In this document: positions 21,554-31,368 of the stretch, piece by piece
Position numbering within the stretch: the first letter of the stretch is position 1
Layout: every line of letters begins with the position of its first letter
Assembly: GCA_963717525.1 (NCBI GenBank)
Contig: OY970343.1
Location: 1,440,001-1,504,000, forward strand
DNA length: 64,000 nt
Direction: 5' to 3'
Source: an uncultured Methanoregulaceae archaeon
Lineage (GTDB): Archaea > Halobacteriota > Methanomicrobia > Methanomicrobiales > Methanospirillaceae
The notes under the pieces: model-generated
Seen by the model: only the letters and a program-made list of their open reading frames with translations
What the model was told of the DNA's origin: nothing
The model's database searches: none
Position numbers and translations under genes: made by a program

Positions 21554-22156
21554 ATGAGTGAGCTCAACCTCGCAGGTTTTCTCGCGAGGTCAGCCGCAAA
21601 CGGGCCCGGCATCCGGGCCGTCATCTGGGTGCAGGGGTGCCCGATCCGGTGTAAGGAGTGTTTCAACCCGGCGTTCTGGTCCTTTTCTCCGGTCAACAGG
21701 GTTTCTGCAGGCGAGATTTCCGGCCGGATCCTTGCTCTCAAGGATATCGACGGGGTCACGTTCTCCGGAGGAGAGCCCTTTGCACAGGCAGACGCACTTG
21801 CATCTGTGGGAGAAAAGGTGCAGGAAGCGGGGTATACGGTCGTGACCTATACGGGCTACACGCACGAACAACTCACCTCAAATAATAATCCTGCCTGGGA
21901 CCGGCTCCTGGGGGTCACTGACCTCCTCATCGCTGGCCCGTATATTGGATCCCAAGCCTGCGACAAACCGTACATCGGGTCCTCGAACCAGCAGGTCATC
22001 TCCCTGACCGGAAGAGTCCGCACGGATGTCCCGGACAGACAAGCGCATGGTGAGATCGTTGAATTTTCCATTGCTCCCGGCGGCATGGTCACAACCACCG
22101 GTTTTCCCCGGGAACACATGGTCCGGCAGATCGCCGCCCGTTGCCGGGGAGAGTGA
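21554..22156 (+). CDS. NrdG/anaerobic RNR-activase-like radical SAM protein
   Basis: ANGPGIRAVIWVQGCPIRCKECFNP (CxxxCxxC), GVTFSGGEPF, YTGY, DLLIAGPY and GSSNQ. Confidence 0.88.
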   Translation: MSELNLAGFLARSAANGPGIRAVIWVQGCPIRCKECFNPAFWSFSPVNRVSAGEISGRILALKDIDGVTFSGGEPFAQADALASVGEKVQEAGYTVVTYTGYTHEQLTSNNNPAWDRLLGVTDLLIAGPYIGSQACDKPYIGSSNQQVISLTGRVRTDVPDRQAHGEIVEFSIAPGGMVTTTGFPREHMVRQIAARCRGE

Positions 22157-22160
22157 TACC

Positions 22161-22559
22161 ATGTCGCATTTCAGCCGTATCAGGACAACATTCCGGCGGC
22201 GCGAGGCGCTGATCCAGTGCATGCAGGAGCTTGGCTATACGGTCGAGACTGATACGACAATCACGGGATACCACGGCCAGCATAACGTGGATATTGCCGT
22301 GAAAAAATCCGGGAGGTACTGCCTCGGCTTCGTGGAGAACCCTGAAGGCACGTACGACATGGTAGCGGACTGGTGGGGCATTTCGGGAAAAGGCGAGAAG
22401 AAAATCGCCGAAGAACTGAACCATCAGGCAGAGACCATCCAGAAAGAATACGCAAAAAAAATAGTGCTCGAACAGACAGCCGCGGACGGCTTTGACCTTG
22501 TCTCGGAGACCGAAGAGAACGACGGGACCGTGCGGATTGTTGTCAGGAGGTGGAAGTAG
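22161..22559 (+). CDS. DUF1257 (Ycf35-like) protein
   Basis: MSHFSRIRT start, GF...GTYDMVADWW, and Y...GF...E..DGTVRIVVRRW C-terminus typical of DUF1257. Confidence 0.85.
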   Translation: MSHFSRIRTTFRRREALIQCMQELGYTVETDTTITGYHGQHNVDIAVKKSGRYCLGFVENPEGTYDMVADWWGISGKGEKKIAEELNHQAETIQKEYAKKIVLEQTAADGFDLVSETEENDGTVRIVVRRWK

Positions 22560-22562
22560 GCT

Positions 22563-24123
22563 ATGCAACTTACCGAACCCGATTTCTCCCGCAGGCTGAA
22601 TGTCTCGCTTCGGGCCCGGGTCACCCTGATTGTCGTGATTACCCCGGAAGAAGAGAGGGTGGTATCGCAAATCCGGGAGGTCTGCGAGAGATGGGATCCT
22701 CCCCGTCAGTGCATTGCGTGGGACAGCGTGGATGGTTTTTCCATTATCGTCGGCAATAAAGATTTCCTGAACCAGTCGCGGGACCCGCTTACAGCTCTCG
22801 ACGACATAGCGAAGACCGGGGAGGATGCCGTCATCATCCTCAAAGACTTTCACGAGTACCTGGAACAACCCGCAGGTGAAAAGACGGATCCGCAACTCCT
22901 CGCAGGCATTCCGTTACAACCGGCGCACGATCGTGATCGTGACCCCGACACCCAAGGTACCGGATGAGATCCGCGACGAAGCGGTAATCGTGCATTTTCC
23001 CCCACCAACGGCAGCCGAACTCTCTGCCGATCTCGACAACCTGCTTACCACAAGCGGCATTTCCTGTTCGCTCTCCCCTGCCGGCCGGGAAAAGATCATC
23101 CAGGCAGCCATTGGTATGACCCTCAATCAGGCACGCCGGGCATTCTCGAAAGCTATCGTCACCCATGGTACGCTTGACGACCGGGATATCGATGCGATCA
23201 TCGCAGACAAAAAAGATATTCTGAGGGCCTCGGACGCGCTGGAGTTTTACAGTTATACCGAGGCCCCGGAGAACGTCGGGGGCCTTGCAGTCCTCAAGGA
23301 CTGGCTCTCCCTGCGTGAGCGGGCGTTCACGCAGGATGCGCGCGACTTCGGGCTCCCGGCGCCGAAAGGTATCGCGTTGATTGGCATCCCGGGCACGGGC
23401 AAGAGCCTCACGGCAAAGATGATCGCCGACCTCTGGCACCTGCCCCTGCTCAGGCTTGACGTGGGGGCGCTCTTTGGCAGCCTTGTAGGCGAATCCGAGG
23501 AGAGGACGCGCCGCGCTCTCTCGCTTGCGGAGACGATCAGCCCATGCATCCTCTGGGTGGACGAGATCGAGAAAGCGTTTGCGTTCGGCAGCGGGGATGC
23601 CGGCACGAGCCAGCGGGTCTTTGCCCACCTCCTCACCTGGATGCAGGATAAGACCTCCCCCTGTTTTGTGGTAGCGACCGCGAACAACATCGCTGCCCTC
23701 CCGCCGGAACTGCTGCGGAAGGGCCGCTTCGACGAGATCTTCTTCCTCGATCTGCCCACCATTGAGGAACGGCGCGAGATCTTTACCGTGCACCTCAAGA
23801 AGCGCAAGTGCATCCCCGCGGAGTTCGACCTCGACACTCTTGCACAGAAGAGCGAGGGCTACGTGGGCGCCGAGATCGAGCAGACGATCATCGACGCGAT
23901 GTACCGCGCGTTCAGCGAGAACATGCGCCGGGTCACGACCACTGACATCCTTTTCTGCATGAAGACGCAGGTCCCCCTCTCAGTCTCGCAGCGAGAGACG
24001 GTGGCAACCCTCCGGGCCTGGCTTGCGGAGGGGCGGGCGCAGTCCGCATCGCGGACAGCCACGCCATCTTCGGGGAACGGGAGAGCGATTGCGCTGGAGA
24101 CCTTCGACACAGGGCGCCCGTGA
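22563..24123 (+). CDS. Ycf46-like AAA+ ATPase (apparent +1 frameshift near 22860)
   Basis: N-domain TPEEERV...LKDFH; VGGLAVLKDW, Walker A GIPGTGKS, Walker B WVDEIEK and ATAN...LPPELLRKGRFDEIFF. Removing one C at about 22860 joins HEY to WNNPQVKRR. Confidence 0.9.
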
Positions 24124-24129
24124 GCCTCT

Positions 24130-26936
24130 ATGAAGATTGCCCCCACATTTCCGGTCATCGGCCCCTTGTTCTACCGGCGTTCGGTCAAGGTGATTGCGGG
24201 GGCTGTGAAAAAAGGGGACCTGCAGGCAGTCCGGGAACTGATCGCTATTGCCAGAGCGGGGCCTGATGCGCCTGCGCGGGCGATCGCGTTCGATGCCCTG
24301 GATACCCTTTCATCGCAGGACGCTGATCGATGTGTTCTGCGGGGAGGTGCTGCTCCAGGAAGACCCGGCACTTGAAAAAATTGCCACCAGCCGGGGATAT
24401 CTCCCCTCGGAGCCGGGATTCGCGGCGCTCTTTTTGTATATCACCGGGCAGGACGAGGCATTGTGCCGGTTTGATCCCGACAGCCATCATCCCATGCTCT
24501 CCCGAGGGTATGCTGCGGCACCGGATGGGATCAAAGCCCGGGCGCTCCACCGGGCCTCCGATACCCGCATGGGCAGGATTCTTGCACATGCACTGATCGG
24601 GACGGACCCGGTCCGGGCTGCCGGAACATGGTCGTATGGCGAGTGGGAGACGGTCATCTCCAGCCTGACGGACGAGGGGGCGTGGGACGTGCTGTGGCTG
24701 CTGGTCGTTTCCGCGCCCCCGTCACTCGCGGTCGCGGCCCTGAACGCCATGAAGGTGGCCGGCTGGAGACCGGGGGGTGACGGGATGCAGGTCTTCCGCG
24801 AACTGGTCCGCGAGCTGCCGGAAGCATGGGCGTATCCGGCGCCTGAAAAACCCCTCCTCTCCATGGGGAACCAGGACAGCCAGTGCCTGATACTTGCATT
24901 CTCCCGCGACGGCACACTTCTTGCCTCCGGCGACTGCGACGGGAGAATTGCAATCTGGCAGCGCTCATCAGCCCGGCTCATTACATCCATTACAACAAAT
25001 GCCGGTTCCATCGGCTTTCTTGCATTCGCAGCAGATAACTCGTACCTGGTTTCAGGAGGGAACAACGGGAAGCTTACCTGCTCTGGCATTCCCTTGGGAA
25101 ACACGATCTGGTCGTACGCGGACGAAAGCCACCCGGTTTCCTGTGCTGCAATGTTGGGTAACGGAGAGGAGCTGATTGCCGGTGATGATCGCGGAGGGAT
25201 GATCCGCATCGGGTGCCGGACAGGTAAAACCCTGCTCGCGGTACCAGGGCACCCGTCCAAAGTCACCTCCCTTTCCCCTGCTCCGGACGAAAAAAGCATC
25301 GCTTTTGGCCACGCTGACGGGACCACCCGTTGCCGGGACATCTTAACCGGGGGAGAGAGATGGACCGTGCCGGGCACCGGTGACGCGGTCAGGGCACTTG
25401 CACGCACAGGACAGGATGATCAGGTGTATGTGGTTTATGAACGTTCCCTCCCCGTACTCAGGGACGGGGGCACCGGTGTGCCGGTGCGGACATACACCGG
25501 GTTCTCCGGTCATCCTGCCTGCCACGCGATATCGGCAGAAAATTCTCTGGCCGCAATCGGCAGCGATGATCATGTACTCCGGCTCTGGAACTGGCAGGAG
25601 AAGAACCCGGCAACAGAAATTCCCTTCTACAACCGCCTTCCGACATGCTGTGCCCTGACACCTGACGGGAAACTGGCCGCTGCCGGCTGCAACGAGGGCA
25701 CGATATACTATTTCAGTGTTCCCGAAGGGCGGCGGATAAAAGAATTCCGGGGATACAGGCAGGCAGTCACTGCCTGTGCCATCTCTCCGGACGGCAAGAT
25801 TCTTGCTACCGCGGGAGGAGATGGCACCGTGACACTCCGGGGCATTCCCTCCGGGGAACTCCTCCGGACGCTCACGAGCCCCGCCGGTGCAGTAACCGCC
25901 CTTGCCCTCACCTCCGGTTCGGGTGGCACCGGGATAGTTGCCGGGACTGCTGATGGCAGGGTCCGCATCTTCTCCCAAAAAGACGGCACGCTTGTCAGAT
26001 CCATCGATGTGTACACGCCATCGGTCAGGGCCCTTGCGGTCAGTCCTGACGGGATATACCTTGCCTGTGCCGGGAAAGACCCCAGCCTCCGCATCTGGGA
26101 ACTTGCAGAGGGGGGCCTTGTGGCCACGTGCGAAACTCTCACTACCACCGTCCGGTGCCTCGCCTTCCTGCCGGATACAGCCGCATGCATCTCCTGCGGC
26201 TGGGACGGGGTGGTAAGAATCTGGGATGTGCCGGGCGGGAAACTGACGGGGACACTGTCCGGGCATTCAAGCATCATCACCTGCTGCTGCGTTGATCCCA
26301 GAGGGCGCCTTCTTGTCACCGGGAGTAACGACACGACCCTGCGAATCTGGCAGCGGACCGGTGAAAACAAGAGTGTCGTTCTTGAGGAGGCAAAACATGA
26401 GGTGAGCGCCTGCGCGATCTCACCGGATGGCACCCTCCTTGCCGCCGCAGGCACAGACCCCGTGCTCCGGCTGTACCATCTGCCGGAGGGGACTGCTGCC
26501 GGGACGATCCCCCAGATCCCGGGAAGACCAACTGCTCTCGTGTTCACCGATGACGGGCTCGCGATCGCGGCTGGATATGACCATGGCACCCTCGCGTTCT
26601 ATGCTCTCCACGGGCACTTCCTGATCCGGGCCCTGCCCGCCCATGCAGGCGCCGTCACCGGGATCGTTTCCATAAGGGGCGAAGACTGCATCGTTACCAG
26701 CGGTACTGACGGGATGATCCACATCTTCCGGGTCCCTTTCATGCGGCCTCTGTCACAAACTACCCTTGCAGACCTTGCTTTCGCACAGGAACAGGAAACA
26801 GCCGCAGGTACAGGATGCCATGGCTGAACAGTGGAGGTTTCTCTGCCACCTGCTGTCCATCCGGTTCCAGAACGAGATCGAACTCTGCCCGGCATACCGC
26901 GATGCCGGAGTGTACGACATCCAGATCGTCGGGTGA
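24130..26936 (+). CDS. Large WD40-repeat protein (helical N-domain plus about 13-14 WD repeats; frameshifts near 24325 and 26810)
   Basis: Repeated AFSRDG/ISPDG...A.G..DG...IW(D) units. The N-terminus starts in ORF 24130-24375 and the C-terminus continues in another frame to RFQNEIELCPAYRDAGVYDIQIVG* (TGA 26934-26936). Confidence 0.85.
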
Positions 26937-26941
26937 TCCCC

Positions 26942-28564
26942 GTGGACAGGTACGCACATTCCCTCCAACCGGCAGTTCGTCTCGGGGTAGACTTCGGAAC
27001 CGGAACGCTTGTCATCGGCATCACGGGACAGGATGGCAAAGGGTACCGTACGCTGGAGTTCCCCGGCTGGTCGCGGGAAATGCCCGGCACAGGAGCCGGC
27101 GGACCGGTGCACGCAGTACCGGTGTTGATCCATTACGACGAGAAAGGGAACAGGACCATTGGCAACGAAGTGGTGCGTGCGGGTGATTCCGATCACCCCC
27201 GGACGGCGCGATGGATCCGGAAATACCTGCTGGAGGAAAGCCCGGTGCGGATCCCGGCCGGTCCGGATCGCCGTATCACGTTCCGCGATGCGGCAACGGA
27301 TTTCCTCACCGCCGTCCTTACCCGCGCAATACGGGAGTACCCCGGGTGCTCTTCGGTTGTCTTTGCCATTCCCAAGGATGTTCCTGAATGGTATACCGGA
27401 TGGCTTGGGAGCATTGCCGATGCTGCAGGCATCAGGTCCTGGCACACGCTTGCCGAACCTGCTGCCGTGGTTGCCGGGTACGGGCTGTCTCCCGAAGCGG
27501 GGCAGGGGTATCTCATCATCCGCTGGGACGAGACGGACTTTTCGGCGTCCTTTATCCTGTCTGAAGGAGCATCGGACCAGTGCCCTGCCGGGGGCCCGCG
27601 GGTGACCGGTACGGCCTGCGATGATACAGGATGCAAGGCTATCGATGGCTGGATCGCACAGGATGTGCTCGCCCGGAACCACATGATGCACAGGGGACCA
27701 AAAACACAGAGGATACATGATAAAATCACCGGAAGGATTGGGGAGCTGTACAGCCAGCTGGCAGCAGCAGATGAGGCCATCATCGGGATCGAAGATCCGC
27801 TTTCCGGAACCACCTTCCCTGCCCGGCTATCACGGGATGATGTTGGCCGGATCCTGACGGAGCACGGGTTTTTGTCAGTCTTTGACCGTACAATCGGCCG
27901 TGCACGTGCAGCTGCCATATCCCGCGGGTGCAAAGAGGTACTGCCCGTCGCCGTCATTATGACCGGCCAGGGGTGTGCGATACCTGCTGTCGAGGATCTC
28001 ATAAAAAAGCAGTTTGAAGGCGTGCCGGTCCTGTCCGATCACCCGCTCGATGCCGTTGCCCGCGGGGCTGCGCTTTTCCTACCCCATGCGAGCCGGACTG
28101 ACCGGATCAAAAACGACTATGCGCTCCGGTACTGGGATTCCAAAAGCCGGGAGCACCGGTTCCGGTTCCTTGTGCGCAGCGGGGCCCTGTACCCGAGCGC
28201 CGGCCAGGTAGCCCGTATCACCATCAGCGCCGCGTACGATGGCCAGACCCGGCTCGGCATCCCCCTGTTCGAGATCAGCAACTCGGCGGATGCGCAGGCG
28301 CCTGCCCTTGAGCTGGTGTCGGACCCTGCCGGGGGGATCCGTCTCGCCATACCACCGGGAGATGCCGGTACCGGGAGCAGGCCGCTTTTGGCAAACGAGC
28401 GGACTCCTACGCTGCTCGCCGCTGACCCGCCGGCACTGAAAGGCGAACCACGGTTCGAACTGACGTTCACGCTCGACCGGGAAAAACAACTGCGTGTCAC
28501 GGCACGCGACCTTGTGACCGGCATGCTCGTGAAAAAGGATGCACCGGTGCACAGGCTGACCTGA
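26942..28564 (+). CDS. Divergent Hsp70/DnaK-like protein
   Basis: LGVDFGT, AEPAA, PLDAVARGAA and an SBD-like FELTFTLDREKQLRVTARDLVTG; GTG start just after the WD40 stop. Confidence 0.82.
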   Translation: MDRYAHSLQPAVRLGVDFGTGTLVIGITGQDGKGYRTLEFPGWSREMPGTGAGGPVHAVPVLIHYDEKGNRTIGNEVVRAGDSDHPRTARWIRKYLLEESPVRIPAGPDRRITFRDAATDFLTAVLTRAIREYPGCSSVVFAIPKDVPEWYTGWLGSIADAAGIRSWHTLAEPAAVVAGYGLSPEAGQGYLIIRWDETDFSASFILSEGASDQCPAGGPRVTGTACDDTGCKAIDGWIAQDVLARNHMMHRGPKTQRIHDKITGRIGELYSQLAAADEAIIGIEDPLSGTTFPARLSRDDVGRILTEHGFLSVFDRTIGRARAAAISRGCKEVLPVAVIMTGQGCAIPAVEDLIKKQFEGVPVLSDHPLDAVARGAALFLPHASRTDRIKNDYALRYWDSKSREHRFRFLVRSGALYPSAGQVARITISAAYDGQTRLGIPLFEISNSADAQAPALELVSDPAGGIRLAIPPGDAGTGSRPLLANERTPTLLAADPPALKGEPRFELTFTLDREKQLRVTARDLVTGMLVKKDAPVHRLT

Positions 28565-28581
28565 TACAAGGAGGAAAAAAT

Positions 28582-28785
28582 ATGGAAATGCAGGAACTGG
28601 AGATCACAATCGATAAGGAAGGCAGAATACAGGTTAAAGTGAACGGGGCGCACGGTGCTGACTGCCTTGCGATGACCAAAAACCTCGAGGAGGCCGCAGG
28701 AGTTGTGGAGGAGCGGGCCTTTTCACCGGCGTACTACGAACAACCGATGCATGAAGAGCATTATACCTGTATCCGGCGATACTAA
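28582..28785 (+). CDS. DUF2997 small protein
   Basis: ITIDKEGRIQVKVNGAHGADCLAMTKNLEE...AYY pattern; RBS GGAGG upstream; co-occurs with DUF1257 and AAA. Confidence 0.85.
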   Translation: MEMQELEITIDKEGRIQVKVNGAHGADCLAMTKNLEEAAGVVEERAFSPAYYEQPMHEEHYTCIRRY

Positions 28786-28791
28786 AGAAAA

Positions 28792-29637
28792 TTACCGGGC
28801 AAGGTTCCGCACGGCCTGGATGTTGCCCCGGTCATCCCTCCGGTCATCCACCGGTGTCTCGCAGATCAGCGGCAGGCGGGCAAAGGCCGGGTGATGGAGG
28901 ATACGCCGGAATCCGTCCTCCCCGATGAACCCCATGCCGATATGCTCGTGACGGTCAAGGCCACTCCCTAGATCGCCCTTGGTGTCGTTGGCGTGGATCA
29001 CCTTCAGCCGATCGATACCCACAGTCTCATCCAGCTGTGCGAGCGTGGCGGCAAGACCTGCTTCTGTCCGCAGCTCGTACCCGGCGGCAAACGCGTGGCA
29101 GGTATCAAAACAGATACCTATCCTATTGGATTTTTCTATCCCGTCGATGATCCCCTGAATGTGCTCGAAACTGCTGCCCACACTGTTCTTCTCTCCGGCG
29201 GTATTTTCCAGCAGTAGCATGACGTTCGAATCAGGCGATTCAAGCGCCATATTCACCGCTTTTATCACCCGGGCCCTGCCTCCCGCGATCCCGTCCCCGA
29301 GGTGATGACCGAGATGGGTGACAAGACAGGGTATGCCAAGACGCCCGCACCGGTCAAGCTCGGCCTGAAGCGTCTGGACAGACTTTTCCCATATGTCTGA
29401 CTTGGGAGACGCAAGATTGGGGAGGTAAGGCATGTGGTCGACCGGAAGGAGGCCGGTCGTTGTAATTTTCTGCCGGAAAAGGGTGCAGTCAGCATCAGTC
29501 AGGGGCCTGAATCCCCACCCCCGGGGGTTGCGCGAGAACATCTGGAAGACATCGCAGCCGGCGTCCTTTGCCCGGTCGACCGCGAGATCGATAGAGCCGG
29601 CGATCGATACATGCACGCCAACCTTTACCTGTGCCAT
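28792..29637 (-). CDS. nfo: Endonuclease IV (AP endonuclease)
   Basis: GVHVSIAG, HMPYLPNL, LENTAG, DTCHAF, HANDTK, DRHEHIG and CETP. Confidence 0.94.
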   Translation of the reverse strand: MAQVKVGVHVSIAGSIDLAVDRAKDAGCDVFQMFSRNPRGWGFRPLTDADCTLFRQKITTTGLLPVDHMPYLPNLASPKSDIWEKSVQTLQAELDRCGRLGIPCLVTHLGHHLGDGIAGGRARVIKAVNMALESPDSNVMLLLENTAGEKNSVGSSFEHIQGIIDGIEKSNRIGICFDTCHAFAAGYELRTEAGLAATLAQLDETVGIDRLKVIHANDTKGDLGSGLDRHEHIGMGFIGEDGFRRILHHPAFARLPLICETPVDDRRDDRGNIQAVRNLAR

Positions 29638-29796
29638 GGGTGACCTCCATCCAGTACGGGCATCATCTGCATCTGATCACCATTGTGGCGCACCGGTTCA
29701 TGGAGGTTGTGATCAGGTTCAGGTAACCGGAGGTCAAAAGAGGGAGAGTTACCGGGTACCTGCATCTTGATGATGAAAGACTGCCAATCTCCGGGT

Positions 29797-30540
29797 ATGC
29801 AGGTCACCTTTCTTGGGACAAACGGCTGGTACGATTCCACCACGGGAAACACGGTCTCCGCGCTGATCACGGCACGGGACTACGATATCATTCTCGATGC
29901 GGGAAACGGCATCGCAAAGGCCGACCGGTATATTTCGCAGGACAAGCCGGTCTTTCTGTTCATCAGCCATTTCCATCTCGACCATACCGAAGGACTCCAT
30001 ACGCTGGTGAAGTTCAGGTTCAGGAAGGGGCTTGCCATCTGCGGGCAGATCGGCACGAGAGCAGACCTTGCCGGGCTCGTCCGCGAGCCCTACACGGTGC
30101 CGCTTGACAAAGTCCCCTTCGCGGTCGCCGTAACCGAACTTGCGGACGGTCCCCACGAACTCCCGTTCAAGGTAACATGCCTGCCGCTTGTCCACCCCGT
30201 TCCCTGCCGGGGCTTCAGGTTCGAAATCGACGGGAAGGTCATCACCTATTGTACTGACACGGGTGTCTGCGACAACGCGATCACGCTCGCACGGGGCGCC
30301 GACCTCCTCATCACCGAGTGCGGATTAAAGCCCGGGCAAAAGAGCCCCGACTGGCCGCACCTGAACCCCGAAGATGCGATTCATATCGCAAAGGCGGCAA
30401 AGGTAAAACGCCTCGCGCTGATGCATTTCGGTGCGGAGGTGTATCATACCCTTGAGGAACGCCGGGCCCTCAAAGGGCAGTTTGAGGAGATCTGCCCGGG
30501 ACTTATCGTATCAGAAGATGGGATGACGGTAGATGTGTGA
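29797..30540 (+). CDS. Metallo-beta-lactamase-fold hydrolase (RNase Z/BN-like)
   Basis: FLGTNG, LDAGNG, SHFHLDHTEG, YCTDT, HLNP and LMH. Confidence 0.85.
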   Translation: MQVTFLGTNGWYDSTTGNTVSALITARDYDIILDAGNGIAKADRYISQDKPVFLFISHFHLDHTEGLHTLVKFRFRKGLAICGQIGTRADLAGLVREPYTVPLDKVPFAVAVTELADGPHELPFKVTCLPLVHPVPCRGFRFEIDGKVITYCTDTGVCDNAITLARGADLLITECGLKPGQKSPDWPHLNPEDAIHIAKAAKVKRLALMHFGAEVYHTLEERRALKGQFEEICPGLIVSEDGMTVDV

Positions 30541-30773
30541 GGGGAATGTTCCTTCACGCAACCCCATAAAAAAGACCGGTGATCTGTGGCTGCATACACT
30601 CACCACACCCTGGGACCCCGGTCTCATCCGGGTTTATTTCTGCCCCCGACTGGTGCCTGAAACTCCAAAAAAAGTAGGTATCGGGCCCGTCGATATTTTT
30701 GCCAGGCCCCGGGCGATTATGCCGGTTCATCATGTCTTATGTAGTGGCACGGTTATCAGTACACTGAGAAACC

Positions 30774-31355
30774 ATGTTCGGGGATATTCTTGGATGGATT
30801 ATACTGGGAATTGTTATCCTGGTCATCATCATTCTTATCGTCTGGCTGATTGCACGGACAATCGGCATATACAACCATTTCTACATCCTGAAAAATTCGT
30901 CCGAGGCGACACTCGGCCAGATCCGGGTTGCGATGAAAAAACGGCTGGACATGATCGAGCAGCTGCTCGGTGCGGTGAAGAGCTACGCAAAGTTCGAGCA
31001 GGAGACCTTTACCCGGGTCACCGCCATGCGGGCTGCCGTTGCGACTGCAGGGCCGGGGGACTTAAACAAGGTCGAGGCAGAGTCCCGCTCGATCTTCGGG
31101 CGCCTGCTTGCCGTTGCCGAAAACTATCCGGACCTAAAGACCTCCCAGAGCGTCACCTCGCTTATGGACTCGGTCAAAAGCCTTGAGGACGAGATCTCCC
31201 GTCACCGGTATACCTACAACAATATCTCGCAGGAGTTCAACACGATGATGGATACGATTCCCTCCAGTTTCATCGGACACCTGGCCCACCTGTCGAAACT
31301 TGAGTACCTCCAGTTCGAAGAAGAGATAAAGACACCCCCGAAGATCGAGTTCTGA
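30774..31355 (+). CDS. lemA: LemA family protein
   Basis: N-terminal TM helix; YN, KRLD, AENYPDLK, RYTYN and IPS motifs. Confidence 0.9.
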   Translation: MFGDILGWIILGIVILVIIILIVWLIARTIGIYNHFYILKNSSEATLGQIRVAMKKRLDMIEQLLGAVKSYAKFEQETFTRVTAMRAAVATAGPGDLNKVEAESRSIFGRLLAVAENYPDLKTSQSVTSLMDSVKSLEDEISRHRYTYNNISQEFNTMMDTIPSSFIGHLAHLSKLEYLQFEEEIKTPPKIEF

Positions 31356-31368
31356 AAGGAAAAGTACC

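Noticed and set aside
22855..22865. Programmed ribosomal frameshift in the AAA gene (and other split genes)
   Set aside because: There is no slippery heptamer at the junction, and similar single-base indels occur throughout the window.
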